This document shows, piece by piece, positions 36,734-46,330 of a DNA stretch of 64,000 nt. The first letter of the stretch is position 1. Each line of letters begins with the position of its first letter. Below the pieces are notes generated by a model. That model had not been told where the DNA came from. It saw only the letters and a list, made by a program, of their open reading frames with translations, and did not search any database. The translations under genes were made by a program, and so were the position numbers. Source of the DNA: an uncultured Ruegeria sp. (GTDB lineage: Bacteria > Pseudomonadota > Alphaproteobacteria > Rhodobacterales > Rhodobacteraceae); assembly GCA_963669395.1 (NCBI GenBank), contig OY770022.1:1329305-1393304 (forward strand). Direction: 5' to 3'.

Positions 36734-38074
36734 TCATTCCTTGCCCGACCGCCATTCCTTCCACATCAGGTAGGTGTTGGCGCCCAGCGAGGCGAAGGGC
36801 TCGGGCGGCAGGCGCGGCAGCTCCGGTTGGGCCAGAAAATGACCGGCAATGTCCGACCCGCCCTGCAGGATCAGCTCGGCAATGCCCATTCCCTGCAATG
36901 TCCCGCGGGCAATGCCCAGGCCGTTTTGGCAACAGGCGGAATAGACCCCGTCGTCCAGTTCGCCAAAAGCGGCCGCGCCATTGCGGCTGAGGCACAGCAT
37001 TCCGGCCCAGCGGTGTTCCATTTTCACGTACGGCAAATGCGGAAATCTCTCGCGGAACTTGCGGTCATGCACCCAGCCCGCATTGCGCAGGCGCATGTTT
37101 GTCGTCTCGATCGAAGGATGAAAGCTGGAACAGGTCCGGATCAGGATCCGGTCGCCATAACTGCCCGAGATGCGCCGCACGGATGTTCCCATCGGATCTG
37201 CCGGTGTCACCGACCAGCGAGATTGCCCACCCAGCGTTTTGATCTGAGCGTCGGTCAGAGGCGCTGACAGTGACGCGTAAAGGCAAATATGCATCAGCCG
37301 ACGTTGGTAGAACCCAAAGCTTTCGACATGCCCATTGTTGGCCAGCACAATCCGTCCGGTCGTCACCCGGGCTTTTGGGGTCGTGACAACCCAGCCGTTT
37401 CCCTGTTTTTCGAAGCCTGTAACCGGTGAGTTTTCGAACACATCAACCTGCCCGGCCAGATGTGCTGACAATGCCCGGATATAGGCTGCGGGCTGGACCA
37501 TGACAGTCCCCGGCGCAAACAGGCCCGAGGTGTAATGTGGACTGCCCGTGAGATCCTGCATCTGTTGCTGATCGTAAAGGTTGCAGGGTTCGCCCAGCCG
37601 TTCCAGATGCGCGGCATATTCGCGGTTGTGCAGATCGCCTGACGGGGTGGCAGCGGCGTTGAATTTGCCGCAGGGATCGAACACCTCATCGGACAGGACA
37701 CAGTCCTCGGCCACCTGCCGCGCAAAAGCGATGGCCTTTCGGTTCAGCGCGATGGTGGCCCTGTCGGCCTCAAGCCCGTCGCCCGCGTAATTGTCCGAGG
37801 CCAGATCATGCGGCAAATCGATCATGAAGCCCGAATTCCGCCCGGCTGACCCTTCCGCGAACCGCCCGGCCTCAAGCACGGCAATCTTCAGGGAAGGATC
37901 AAGCTGGTGCAGGCGTCGCGCCGTGCTGAGGCCCGCAAATCCGCCGCCAACGATGGTGATGTCGGCGCTCAGGTCCTGCTGCAGCTCAGGGTGCGGTGTC
38001 TGAGCGGGCAGAATGGCGTTCCACCCCGCCGCGCCGGTTTGGCGCGGCAGCCGTTTTGCTTCGTACCGGCTCAA
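36734..38074 (-). CDS. FAD-dependent amine/amino-acid oxidoreductase (DAO/PuuB-like)
   Basis: GGGFAG, SAGRNSGF, NGLG..RGT; TTG start overlaps the ALDH stop. Confidence 0.88.
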   Translation of the reverse strand: MSRYEAKRLPRQTGAAGWNAILPAQTPHPELQQDLSADITIVGGGFAGLSTARRLHQLDPSLKIAVLEAGRFAEGSAGRNSGFMIDLPHDLASDNYAGDGLEADRATIALNRKAIAFARQVAEDCVLSDEVFDPCGKFNAAATPSGDLHNREYAAHLERLGEPCNLYDQQQMQDLTGSPHYTSGLFAPGTVMVQPAAYIRALSAHLAGQVDVFENSPVTGFEKQGNGWVVTTPKARVTTGRIVLANNGHVESFGFYQRRLMHICLYASLSAPLTDAQIKTLGGQSRWSVTPADPMGTSVRRISGSYGDRILIRTCSSFHPSIETTNMRLRNAGWVHDRKFRERFPHLPYVKMEHRWAGMLCLSRNGAAAFGELDDGVYSACCQNGLGIARGTLQGMGIAELILQGGSDIAGHFLAQPELPRLPPEPFASLGANTYLMWKEWRSGKE

Positions 38075-39567
38075 ACCACTGCCTCGTCCGCATCGTCGGC
38101 CAGATCGATCCAGATTGTTTTTAACTGGGTGTACTGGTCGTGTGCGTGGACCGAGTTGTCGCGGCCACCAAAGCCCGACTGCTTGTATCCCCCGAATGGT
38201 GTGGTGATGTCGCCTTCGCCAAAGCTGTTCACCGTGACTGTTCCCGCCCGGATTGCCCGCGCGCCACGAATGGCGCGTTTGGCATTGGCCGTGAAGATCG
38301 AGGCGCACAGACCATAATCGGTGTCGTTGGCGATCTTGATGGCCTCATCAAAGCCCGACACTTCGATTACCGACAGAACCGGGCCAAAGATTTCTTCCCG
38401 TGCCAGGGTGGCGTCGTTGCCGGGGACTTCGACGACCGTGGCTTCGACAAAACCCTTGTCCGCCTTGCCGCCAATCACGACGCTATCGGCCTGATCCAGA
38501 TAGCTGCAAACCTTGTTGTAATGGCCTTCGCTGACCAGCGCACCCATGCGGGTTTCCGGGTCCAGCGGGTCGCCGATGTTCCATTGTTTGGCGTGATGGG
38601 CGATGCGCTCCAGCAGCTCGGCCTTCACATCCTTGTGCACGATCAGACGTGACGATGCCGAGCAGTTCTCGCCCATATTCCAGAACGCGCCATTGACCAC
38701 GTGCGCCGCCACGCGGTCGAGGTTTTCGGCATCCTCCATCACGATAGCGGGGTTTTTGCCGCCCATCTCCAGCACCACTTCCTTGGCGTTGCTTTCGGCC
38801 GAATAAGTCAGGAACCGCTTGCCGGTGGCGGTGGAGCCGGTGAAAGACACCATGTCGATATCCATATGCCGCCCGATGGGCTCGCCCACGTCGGCGCCAC
38901 CACCCGGAACGATGTTCAGAACACCGCGTGGCAGTCCGGCCTCCATCGCCAGTTCGGCCAGGTGCAGCGCGGTCAGCGTGGTTTCTACCGCCGGTTTCAC
39001 CACGACCGAACAGCCCGCCGCCAAAGCAGGCCCGATCTTCCACGCCAACATCAGCAGCGGGAAGTTCCACGGCAGCACCAAGCCCACAACACCGATCGGC
39101 TCACGCACGACCATGGCAATGTGATCGTCGCTGGCAGGGCTGACCTGATCGTAAATCTTGTCGATCGCCTCGGCATGCCATTTCAGGCAGTGGATGGTTT
39201 CAGGCACGTCCACGGTTTCGCAGTCATAGATGGTCTTGCCGCTGTCGATGCTCTCCATCACCGCCAGTTCGCGGGCGTTGCGCGTCATCAGCTTGCAAAG
39301 CCGGATCAGCACGTCCTTGCGCTGGGAAGGGTGCAGTTTCGACCAGCGCCCATCGTCAAACGCCTCGCGCGCCTTTTCGACGGCAAAATCCACGTCCGCG
39401 GTTCCGCAGGCCGCGATATCGGTCAGCTTTTCGCCGGTGGCCGGGTTTGCGGTCTCAAACGTCTTGCCGGAAATCGCCGGGCGGAATGCGCCATCTATGA
39501 ACGCGCCGGTCGGCAGCTCCAGATTGGCAGCAATGGATTTGTATTCGTCCCTAGTGAGCAATCCCAT
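38071..39567 (-). CDS. NAD-dependent aldehyde dehydrogenase (PuuC-like)
   Basis: PWNFP, FTGS, LEMGGK, GENCS, EEIFGP. Confidence 0.95.
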   Translation of the reverse strand: MGLLTRDEYKSIAANLELPTGAFIDGAFRPAISGKTFETANPATGEKLTDIAACGTADVDFAVEKAREAFDDGRWSKLHPSQRKDVLIRLCKLMTRNARELAVMESIDSGKTIYDCETVDVPETIHCLKWHAEAIDKIYDQVSPASDDHIAMVVREPIGVVGLVLPWNFPLLMLAWKIGPALAAGCSVVVKPAVETTLTALHLAELAMEAGLPRGVLNIVPGGGADVGEPIGRHMDIDMVSFTGSTATGKRFLTYSAESNAKEVVLEMGGKNPAIVMEDAENLDRVAAHVVNGAFWNMGENCSASSRLIVHKDVKAELLERIAHHAKQWNIGDPLDPETRMGALVSEGHYNKVCSYLDQADSVVIGGKADKGFVEATVVEVPGNDATLAREEIFGPVLSVIEVSGFDEAIKIANDTDYGLCASIFTANAKRAIRGARAIRAGTVTVNSFGEGDITTPFGGYKQSGFGGRDNSVHAHDQYTQLKTIWIDLADDADEAVV

Positions 39568-39570
39568 GTC

Positions 39571-40488
39571 TTAACCCTCCGCCACAATGTCTGCGATTTT
39601 TTGTCTGAGAACACGCGTCACCTGTTCCAGCGCGCGCTTGTCGTCCTTGTTGAGCCCCTTCAGCGGAGGCCGCATCGCGCCCGCGTCGATCCCGTTCATG
39701 GTCACGCCATGCTTGATGGTCTGGATAAACTTGCCGCCCTGTTCCAGCACCCGCATCAGCGGCATCATCGCGGACATGATCCGGCGGCCCTTGGCAAAGT
39801 TGCCTTCGATCACACAGGCGTTGTAGAGCGCCACATGCTCGGCAGGCAGGAAATTCGACCCACCACAGACCCAGAACGGTGCACCCCAGGCAAAAAACTC
39901 GAGCGCCTGATCGTCCATGCCGCATCCCAGCTGGATATGCGGATAGTCCCGCGCCAGCAGGTGGACCCGGTTGATATCGCCCGAGCTTTCCTTAATGCCG
40001 CAGAAATTCCGGCTGCGGCCGACGCGGTCGAGGAACTCTTCGCCCATCGTCGTGCCGGTGCGGTGCGGATAGTTGTACAGCATCACCGGCAGGTCTGCCG
40101 CCTTGTCGATGGCCAGTGCGTTCAGCGCGTTTTCGCGGTCGGTCGGTACCGAATAGGGCGGGCTGGCCAGCAGGATGGCATCGGCGCAAATCTCGCGCGC
40201 GCCCGCGGCCAACGCAATGGAATCCGGTGTCAGCATCGCACCGGTGCCGACCACAAGCGGCAACCGGCCTTTCAACTGCTCATGCGTGAACTTCGCCAGC
40301 TCAAGACGCTCGTCAACGGTCTGTGCATAGTTCTCGCCGGTCGAGCCGCCCGAGATCAGCCCGTGCACACCATGTGCGATCAGGTATTCGATCACGTCGG
40401 ACAGGGCGTCCCAGTTGACCCGGCCATCTGCGTGGTAGGGGGTTACGACAGGGGTGTAGATCCCCTCAAATCTGAAAATCGGGTTCAT
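39571..40488 (-). CDS. Dihydrodipicolinate synthase/N-acetylneuraminate lyase family protein
   Basis: GSTGE, LYNYP, Schiff-base Lys in GIKES. Confidence 0.92.
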   Translation of the reverse strand: MNPIFRFEGIYTPVVTPYHADGRVNWDALSDVIEYLIAHGVHGLISGGSTGENYAQTVDERLELAKFTHEQLKGRLPLVVGTGAMLTPDSIALAAGAREICADAILLASPPYSVPTDRENALNALAIDKAADLPVMLYNYPHRTGTTMGEEFLDRVGRSRNFCGIKESSGDINRVHLLARDYPHIQLGCGMDDQALEFFAWGAPFWVCGGSNFLPAEHVALYNACVIEGNFAKGRRIMSAMMPLMRVLEQGGKFIQTIKHGVTMNGIDAGAMRPPLKGLNKDDKRALEQVTRVLRQKIADIVAEG

Positions 40489-40495
40489 TCCGTCC

Positions 40496-41206
40496 TCATG
40501 CAGGTTTCGACAGGGGCGGGGCACCCATCGGGACATTCAGCGCCTCAGGCATCACAAACAGTGCGATCTGATCGCGCGACAGGTTCCAGTGATCGGTCGC
40601 CAGCTGCGAAGCCGCTGCCTCATCGCGCGCTTCGATGGCGGCGATGATGGCGTCATGCTGGCGGCTCGCCTCGGACAGGTTTTCGGTCATTTCAACGCTT
40701 TGGGGGCGATAAAAGGTCATACCGATGCGGGCGTGATCGATCAGCAGCCGGTTGAACGACGGCAGCAGATAGACATTCGCCGACATCTCGCCGGTCACTT
40801 CGTGAAAGCGGTTGTTGGCCAAGGCACGATCCTCGGGCGACCCGGTCCGCAATGCCTCTTTGAACTTTTGCTGCGCCACCTTTAGGTCATCGATCTGCCG
40901 GGGCGTTGCGTTCAGGGCCGCCAGACGCAGAATTGCCCCATAGACCATCGGCGCGGCCAGAAAGAAGTCGCGCAGGGTGGTATAGGACATCTCGGACACG
41001 CGCGCGCTGCGGTTGGTGCGCAGATCCAGATACCCTTCGCCCGCCAATTGCCTGAACACCTCGCGCAGCGGGGTCCGGGACAGACCAAAGGCATCCGACA
41101 GATGCGCCTCGTCCAGATCGGCACCGGGACACAGGCGCAGGGTCAGAATGGACACCTTCAGGTGCTCCCTCAGGTCTGCCTTGCGTGATTTGCCGTCTTC
41201 TTTCAT
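40496..41206 (-). CDS. GntR family (FCD) regulator
   Basis: LSRTPLRE; N..FH...H FCD site. Confidence 0.93.
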   Translation of the reverse strand: MKEDGKSRKADLREHLKVSILTLRLCPGADLDEAHLSDAFGLSRTPLREVFRQLAGEGYLDLRTNRSARVSEMSYTTLRDFFLAAPMVYGAILRLAALNATPRQIDDLKVAQQKFKEALRTGSPEDRALANNRFHEVTGEMSANVYLLPSFNRLLIDHARIGMTFYRPQSVEMTENLSEASRQHDAIIAAIEARDEAAASQLATDHWNLSRDQIALFVMPEALNVPMGAPPLSKPA

Positions 41207-41274
41207 CCCAAATCCTTTGCCAAGCCCCAATGCATACCCTTGCGAATCGCGTGGGCGCCGAGTAGCTGACCGAT

Positions 41275-41306
41275 TTGTATTCGATAAAAATACAACTTGT
41301 ATACAG
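41275..41306. promoter_or_regulatory. GntR-type operator(s): TTGTAT-N9-ATACAA and TGTATACA
   Basis: Inverted repeats in the divergent gntR/glxA intergenic region. Confidence 0.5.
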
Positions 41307-41378
41307 TAAAAAATAGTGCAGCATCACCTAAACTTCGCCACGGGGTCGCAGGCCGACGCCCAGCAAACGGAAACCGAC

Positions 41379-42329
41379 ATGCAGCAGACGCAGCACATCA
41401 CCTTCATATTGGTTGAGGAATTTTCGCATCTGGCGTTTTCATGTGCCGTCGAGCCGCTGAGAATCGCCAATCTGGAAAGCGGGAAAGACCTGTACGAATG
41501 GTCCTTTGCATCGGAACATGGCGAACAGGCGGTATGTTCAAACGGGTCGGTGACGCTGGTCCATTCCGGGCTGGATAAACTGCCCAAGACTGATCAGTTG
41601 TTCGTCTTGTCCGGTATTCACATGCGCAAACACGTCACGCTCCCGTTGCTGGCTGCATTGCGTCGCGAGCGTGCCCGGGGAACGCGGATCGGCGCGCTGT
41701 GTTCAGGCGCCTGGGTGCTGGCCGAGGCCGGATTCCTGGACGGAATGCAGGCCGCCATTCACTGGGAATACCACGACGCGTTCATGGAAGCCTTTCCCGA
41801 GGTGAATCTGGTGCGCAGCGTGTTTACGGCTGACGAAAAGCACATCACGGCATCGGGTGGCACCGCCACTGCGGACCTGATGCTGCACCTGATCGAAAAG
41901 GAACATGGCCGGGAACTGTCAGTCGCCGTTGCCGATCAGATGGTCTACAACGCAGTGCGTAATGCCACCGCAAGACAGCGCGTCTCGCTCCAGTCGCGCA
42001 ACGGGATGCGAAACGCCCATCTGGCCAGGGCGATCCGGATCATGCGCGACAGTATCGACGCACCGGTTTCGCCCTCGCAAATCGCCGGAGAAATCGGGAT
42101 TTCCGCACGCCAGTTGGAGCGGTTGTTTGGTAAATACCTGAACACGTCCCCCAAGAAGTACTACATGGAGCTGCGCCTGGAACGGGCCCAGAACCTGCTG
42201 CTTCAGACCGAGGCCTCGGTCACCGAGGTTGCGCTAGCCTGCGGGTTCGAAAGCCCCGGGCATTTTTCGCGCGTGTACCGATCCAGTTTTGGCGTAACCC
42301 CGCATATGCAAAAGACAAAAATCAACTGA
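41379..42329 (+). CDS. GlxA/GbdR-type AraC regulator (amidase-like domain plus AraC HTH)
   Basis: EPLRIAN, LCSGA, IHW, RQLERLF, ACGF.S..HFSR.Y. Confidence 0.94.
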   Translation: MQQTQHITFILVEEFSHLAFSCAVEPLRIANLESGKDLYEWSFASEHGEQAVCSNGSVTLVHSGLDKLPKTDQLFVLSGIHMRKHVTLPLLAALRRERARGTRIGALCSGAWVLAEAGFLDGMQAAIHWEYHDAFMEAFPEVNLVRSVFTADEKHITASGGTATADLMLHLIEKEHGRELSVAVADQMVYNAVRNATARQRVSLQSRNGMRNAHLARAIRIMRDSIDAPVSPSQIAGEIGISARQLERLFGKYLNTSPKKYYMELRLERAQNLLLQTEASVTEVALACGFESPGHFSRVYRSSFGVTPHMQKTKIN

Positions 42330-42344
42330 TTACAAACAACGGCA

Positions 42345-42485
42345 GGTGCGCCTCGGACGGAATGGAGAGGATAATTGGGCGGGGGGAGCCTCATGACCAG
42401 ATGACAATCAGACCGGTCAGGCGCTCACCCCCTGACCCTGCCCAGTTACCCCCTCGTTAAAACTGTACTGGTCAAATGGCAGGCA
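42345..42485 (-). ncRNA. Rod-shaped structured ncRNA candidate (6S RNA-like?)
   Basis: Long irregular hairpin (42365-80 pairs with 42440-55, plus inner helices); promoter-like TTGCGC-N17-AACAAT at 42520-42492 on the minus strand. Confidence 0.55.
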
Positions 42486-42651
42486 GGATTGATTGTTTTT
42501 GTCTCAGGAAAGGGGCGCAACTATTGCCAGATCGTGTCAGTTCCATGTAATTTTTTGTCGTATTTCTTCGAACTGTGGCATCCTCTTAAGAAATGCAGTC
42601 AGAAATTGAATAAATGGCCTTCGTTTCGTGCAAGCAGTTGGGCGAGACGGG

Positions 42652-43467
42652 TCACTCCGCTTCAGAATCGCCACTCTTGGATTTGCTGTAGCTCTCCCAG
42701 ATTTCCGGACGCCTATCCCGGGTCAACTTCTCGGCCATGCTGTGACGCCATTCAGCGATTCGGCCATGGTGTCCGGACATCAGAACGTCGGGGATCGGCC
42801 GCCCCTTCCATTCGGCGGGGCGGGTATATTGTGGATGTTCCAGCAGCCCCGACGAAAAACTCTCATCCTCGGTCGAAGCCTGATTGCCCAGCACGCCGGG
42901 GATAAGCCGGACAGTCGCGTCAATCAGGGCCTGTGCTGCAATCTCGCCCCCGGTCATGACGAAATCACCAAGCGAAACCTCCTGAACGCCGTAATGCTCC
43001 AGCACCCGTTCATCGACACCTTCGAAGCGGCCACACAGCAAGGTCATGCCGTCACATCGCGCCAGCGACTGCATCATGGCCTGGTTCATCGGCCGGCCGC
43101 GCGGACTGAGGTATATCAGGGGCCAGTTGCCCTGAACGCTCGCCATCGCGTGTTCAATCGCCTCGCCCAGAACATCCGGGCGCAGGACCATTCCGGCCCC
43201 GCCGCCGGCCGGCGTGTCATCGACATTGCGGTGCTTGCCGACCCCAAATCGGCGCAGATCGATCGTTTCCAACTGCCACAACCCCTCTTGCAGGGCTTTG
43301 CCGGTCAAGCTTTCGCCCAACACGCCGGGGAAGGCCGACGGGAACAGCGTGATGATCCTGGCCTTCCATACGCCATGCAGATCGGGTGTCGGCGTTATCA
43401 ATTCGCGCGGTTTCAGCGTGGGCCGGATCGCCTTGCGACCATGGGATTTGTTGGGCTTGTCAGTCAT
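42652..43467 (-). CDS. trmD: tRNA (guanine37-N1)-methyltransferase
   Basis: VDDTPAGGGAGMV, LCGRFEGVDER, GDFVMTGGE, LLEHPQYTRP. Confidence 0.97.
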   Translation of the reverse strand: MTDKPNKSHGRKAIRPTLKPRELITPTPDLHGVWKARIITLFPSAFPGVLGESLTGKALQEGLWQLETIDLRRFGVGKHRNVDDTPAGGGAGMVLRPDVLGEAIEHAMASVQGNWPLIYLSPRGRPMNQAMMQSLARCDGMTLLCGRFEGVDERVLEHYGVQEVSLGDFVMTGGEIAAQALIDATVRLIPGVLGNQASTEDESFSSGLLEHPQYTRPAEWKGRPIPDVLMSGHHGRIAEWRHSMAEKLTRDRRPEIWESYSKSKSGDSEAE

Positions 43468-44279
43468 GGGGTCCCGTAGATCTCGTCCTGCACAGATTGG
43501 ATGATCGCTGCTTTCTGACGGGTCAGCGCGGCTTCTTCCAGTCGTGACCGGTTCAACGCCAGAAGCTCGGTCAATGTGTCTTCCGGCAGGCTGGGATTGA
43601 CCTTGTTCGGCGGTACAATCCGGGCGGTTTTGTCTCGTGACAACCTGAGAAACTCTGCAAATGGCGCACCGGGGCCAAAACGGCGCTGTAGCATGTCTTC
43701 TAGCCATTCCGACTGCACGGTGACCGATGGCAGCTTGTCCCGAATGCTGTTCACCGTGTCCTCAAGCGAAGGCAGTTGATCAAGGTTGGCACGGAAGGTT
43801 TCGAAATCCTGCACCATCCGCGTGCGTTGCAAATCATGCGCCCACAGGCTGCGCAGCCACGCGCCGCGCTGGCGCAACGATAGGTAGAGCGTTATGTCCA
43901 GATCCTCTCCGACCAGCCGCTGTCGGATCGAATCGACGATACACGCGGCCAGATCCGGGGCCGCGGCGTAGCCCTGGCTCAGGTTGCGACTGGGGCGCAG
44001 GCCGCTGAAGTTCTCTTCACTCAGGATCAGCCCGCGTTTGGTTCCGAATTCCAAAGTATCCAGAAACTCGCGCATCTGGCCGCCAAACTCGGCCAGCGTT
44101 CCCACTGTCCCATAGACCGAGTGACGGGTGGCCGCACCGGACAGCCCTGTCTTGCGGGTCTTGTAAGGCAGCACCAGCGCGAAATGGGGCCAGATCAACT
44201 CGCGGTTTTCATACAGGAAGGACTGCGCCGCAGTGGTGCCTGTTTTGTGCAGGCCCAGATGCAGCATTATCCGCCGCAT
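43464..44279 (-). CDS. Hypothetical protein with sulfotransferase-like N-terminal motif
   Basis: HLGLHKTGTT, ILSEENF, R...WLRS; coupled to rimM and trmD. Confidence 0.75.
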   Translation of the reverse strand: MRRIMLHLGLHKTGTTAAQSFLYENRELIWPHFALVLPYKTRKTGLSGAATRHSVYGTVGTLAEFGGQMREFLDTLEFGTKRGLILSEENFSGLRPSRNLSQGYAAAPDLAACIVDSIRQRLVGEDLDITLYLSLRQRGAWLRSLWAHDLQRTRMVQDFETFRANLDQLPSLEDTVNSIRDKLPSVTVQSEWLEDMLQRRFGPGAPFAEFLRLSRDKTARIVPPNKVNPSLPEDTLTELLALNRSRLEEAALTRQKAAIIQSVQDEIYGTP

Positions 44280-44782
44280 TACAGCAGACCCTCCGGCGGG
44301 TCGGCGATGATACGCCCCTGATCCAGATCGACCGTCGGCACGACCTCAAGCGTGAAGGGCAGCAGAACAGTGGTGTTCATCCCCGACCCCTGCAGTTCCA
44401 ACAGGTCTGCCGCGCCATGGTTCTGCACCGATTTCACCCGGCCCAGAAGCGTGCCGCCGGTGTCATAGACCTCAAGCCCGATCAGGTCCGTATGATAAAA
44501 CTCGTCATCCGGCAGCGAGGGCAACTGGTCACGCCGCGCAAACAGGCGCAGACCCTTGATCGCATCCGCCTGCTCCTTGGTTTCAATTCCGCCCAGCCGC
44601 GCGGCAAAGCCGTTCTTGATCGTCCGGGTCAGCACAAGCGGATACCGTTCCGCGCCGCTTTCGTCGGTCAGCGGAGAATATGATTCGATGTCTTCGGGGG
44701 TCGCGCAGTAGCTTTTCAGCCGCACTTCGCCCCGCACGCCGTAAGACCCGGCGATACTGCCTACACAGATCAGATCAGTCAT
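44279..44782 (-). CDS. rimM: Ribosome maturation factor RimM
   Basis: [29 protein letters not shown]. Confidence 0.97.
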   Translation of the reverse strand: MTDLICVGSIAGSYGVRGEVRLKSYCATPEDIESYSPLTDESGAERYPLVLTRTIKNGFAARLGGIETKEQADAIKGLRLFARRDQLPSLPDDEFYHTDLIGLEVYDTGGTLLGRVKSVQNHGAADLLELQGSGMNTTVLLPFTLEVVPTVDLDQGRIIADPPEGLL

Positions 44783-44924
44783 TGGACCCTTCCACCATCA
44801 CACAAACTCCGTCCTGCCAGTCTCCGCGCGTGGCACAGGCGTCGCGCTGATTGCTGCGTTCGAAAAACACGCCGACAATAAAAGCGATCATCAGCAGGAT
44901 GGGAAGCCGCATCAGCCCAAACAT
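44775..44924 (-). CDS. 49-aa small membrane protein with two Cys
   Basis: Manual translation [49 protein letters not shown]; fills the bluB-rimM gap and overlaps the rimM start. Confidence 0.65.
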   Translation of the reverse strand: MFGLMRLPILLMIAFIVGVFFERSNQRDACATRGDWQDGVCVMVEGSND

Positions 44925-44928
44925 AAGT

Positions 44929-45564
44929 CTATCGCACCTCGACGGTCAGACTGTCCTGACGATTTTCCCAACCGGCACGCTCCAGTTCCGGCGTGTCTGA
45001 CAACGCCTCGGGCCAGCCGATGCAGAAATACCCGATCAGGCGCCAGCTGTCCGGCACTTTCAGGTCCTGCGTCAACCGGTCGGGGTCCAGAATGGACACC
45101 CATCCCAGCCCCAGCCCTTCGGCCCGCAGGGACAACCAGAACAAGGTGATCGCGGTGACGACGGAATAGCGGCGCATTTCGGGCATCGTGCCTGCGCCCA
45201 GCCCCAGACCCTTGTCCGTGGCATCGTCGCAGAAGACAGCCAGTTGCACAGGGGCCTCGCGCATGCCCGACAACTTGAGGCTGCTGTAAAGCTGCGCCTT
45301 CTCGCCGGAATATCCGGCAAGGGCCTCGGCATTCGCGGTCTGGAAATTCTCAAGCGCCGCAGTGCGGGCTTTATCGCTTTCGACGCGGATCACGCGCCAG
45401 GGTTCGCTCAGCCCCACCGATGGGGCTAGCCGAAACGTGTCGAGGCAGCGCGTCAGCACTGCCTCGTCCACGGCATCGGTGCGGAACCGGCGCACATCGC
45501 GCCGGAGCCGCATCAGCAGATCGAACTGCGTGCGGAAATCATCACTGAAGGTCTGATCCTGCAC
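44929..45564 (-). CDS. bluB: 5,6-dimethylbenzimidazole synthase
   Basis: RRDVRRF, APSVGLSEPW, LKLSG, TMPE, GWVSILDP. Confidence 0.93.
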   Translation of the reverse strand: MQDQTFSDDFRTQFDLLMRLRRDVRRFRTDAVDEAVLTRCLDTFRLAPSVGLSEPWRVIRVESDKARTAALENFQTANAEALAGYSGEKAQLYSSLKLSGMREAPVQLAVFCDDATDKGLGLGAGTMPEMRRYSVVTAITLFWLSLRAEGLGLGWVSILDPDRLTQDLKVPDSWRLIGYFCIGWPEALSDTPELERAGWENRQDSLTVEVR

Positions 45565-45577
45565 GCGCCCGCCTTGC

Positions 45578-45967
45578 TTATTCTTCAGCAGCAGCTTCTT
45601 CAGCCGGTGCGGCAGCGGCTTCGGCAGCTTCAGCAGCCTTTGCAGCTTTCTCTTCCGCGCGCTCCTGGGCTTTCTTGCCCGGGGTACCCTTATTGGGGTT
45701 GTTGCGCTCGGCCTTGTCACGTGCGCCGGCTGCTTCCAGCATGCGTGCGATACGGTCGGTGGGCTGAGCACCCTGGTCCAGCCAGTACTGAATGCGCTCC
45801 ATGTCCATTTTCACGCGCTCTTCGCTGTCTTTCGGCAGCAGCGGGTTATAGGTGCCCAGTTTCTCGATGAAACGGCCGTCGCGGGGCATGCGGCTGTCAG
45901 CAGCCACGATGCGGTAGAAAGGACGCTTTTTCGAGCCGCCGCGGGCGAGACGAATTTTCATTGCCAT
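45578..45967 (-). CDS. rpsP: 30S ribosomal protein S16
   Basis: [39 protein letters not shown]. Confidence 0.98.
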   Translation of the reverse strand: MAMKIRLARGGSKKRPFYRIVAADSRMPRDGRFIEKLGTYNPLLPKDSEERVKMDMERIQYWLDQGAQPTDRIARMLEAAGARDKAERNNPNKGTPGKKAQERAEEKAAKAAEAAEAAAAPAEEAAAEE

Positions 45968-46033
45968 GGTGGTATCTCCTTTGAATGGCATCACGCCAAA
46001 GGCGTGTCTTGTGAAAGCCGGGACAATCCCGGT

Positions 46034-46330
46034 TTAGTTCTGGTGTTTCTTATGGTGTCGGATGACTTCCTGAATGATGAAGTTCAGGAAAGCCTTGGCG
46101 AAATCGGGGTCCAGATCGGCCTCTTTCGCCAGGTCTTCTAACCGTGCGATCTGCGCAGCCTCGCGCGAGGGATCGGACGGGGGAAGGTCGTGTGCGGCTT
46201 TGAGCTTGCCAACGGCCTGCGTGTGCTTGAACCGCTCGCCCAGCGTATAGACAAGGATCGCGTCCAGCCGGTCGATGCTCTCGCGGTGATCCTTCAGCAA
46301 CGCAGCAGCCTGTGTCACGGGGTTGGTCAT
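46034..46330 (-). CDS. Chorismate mutase (AroQ type II)
   Basis: RESIDRLD...ERF...VG.LK...DPSRE. Confidence 0.92.
   Translation of the reverse strand: MTNPVTQAAALLKDHRESIDRLDAILVYTLGERFKHTQAVGKLKAAHDLPPSDPSREAAQIARLEDLAKEADLDPDFAKAFLNFIIQEVIRHHKKHQN

Noticed and set aside
38701-40647. 648-aa plus-strand ORF, and similar long ORFs at 1531-2940, 5204-6205, 29055-30149, 48825-49991, 56344-57423 and 61778-63751
   Set aside because: Antisense shadows of well-supported genes in GC-rich DNA; no recognisable motifs.
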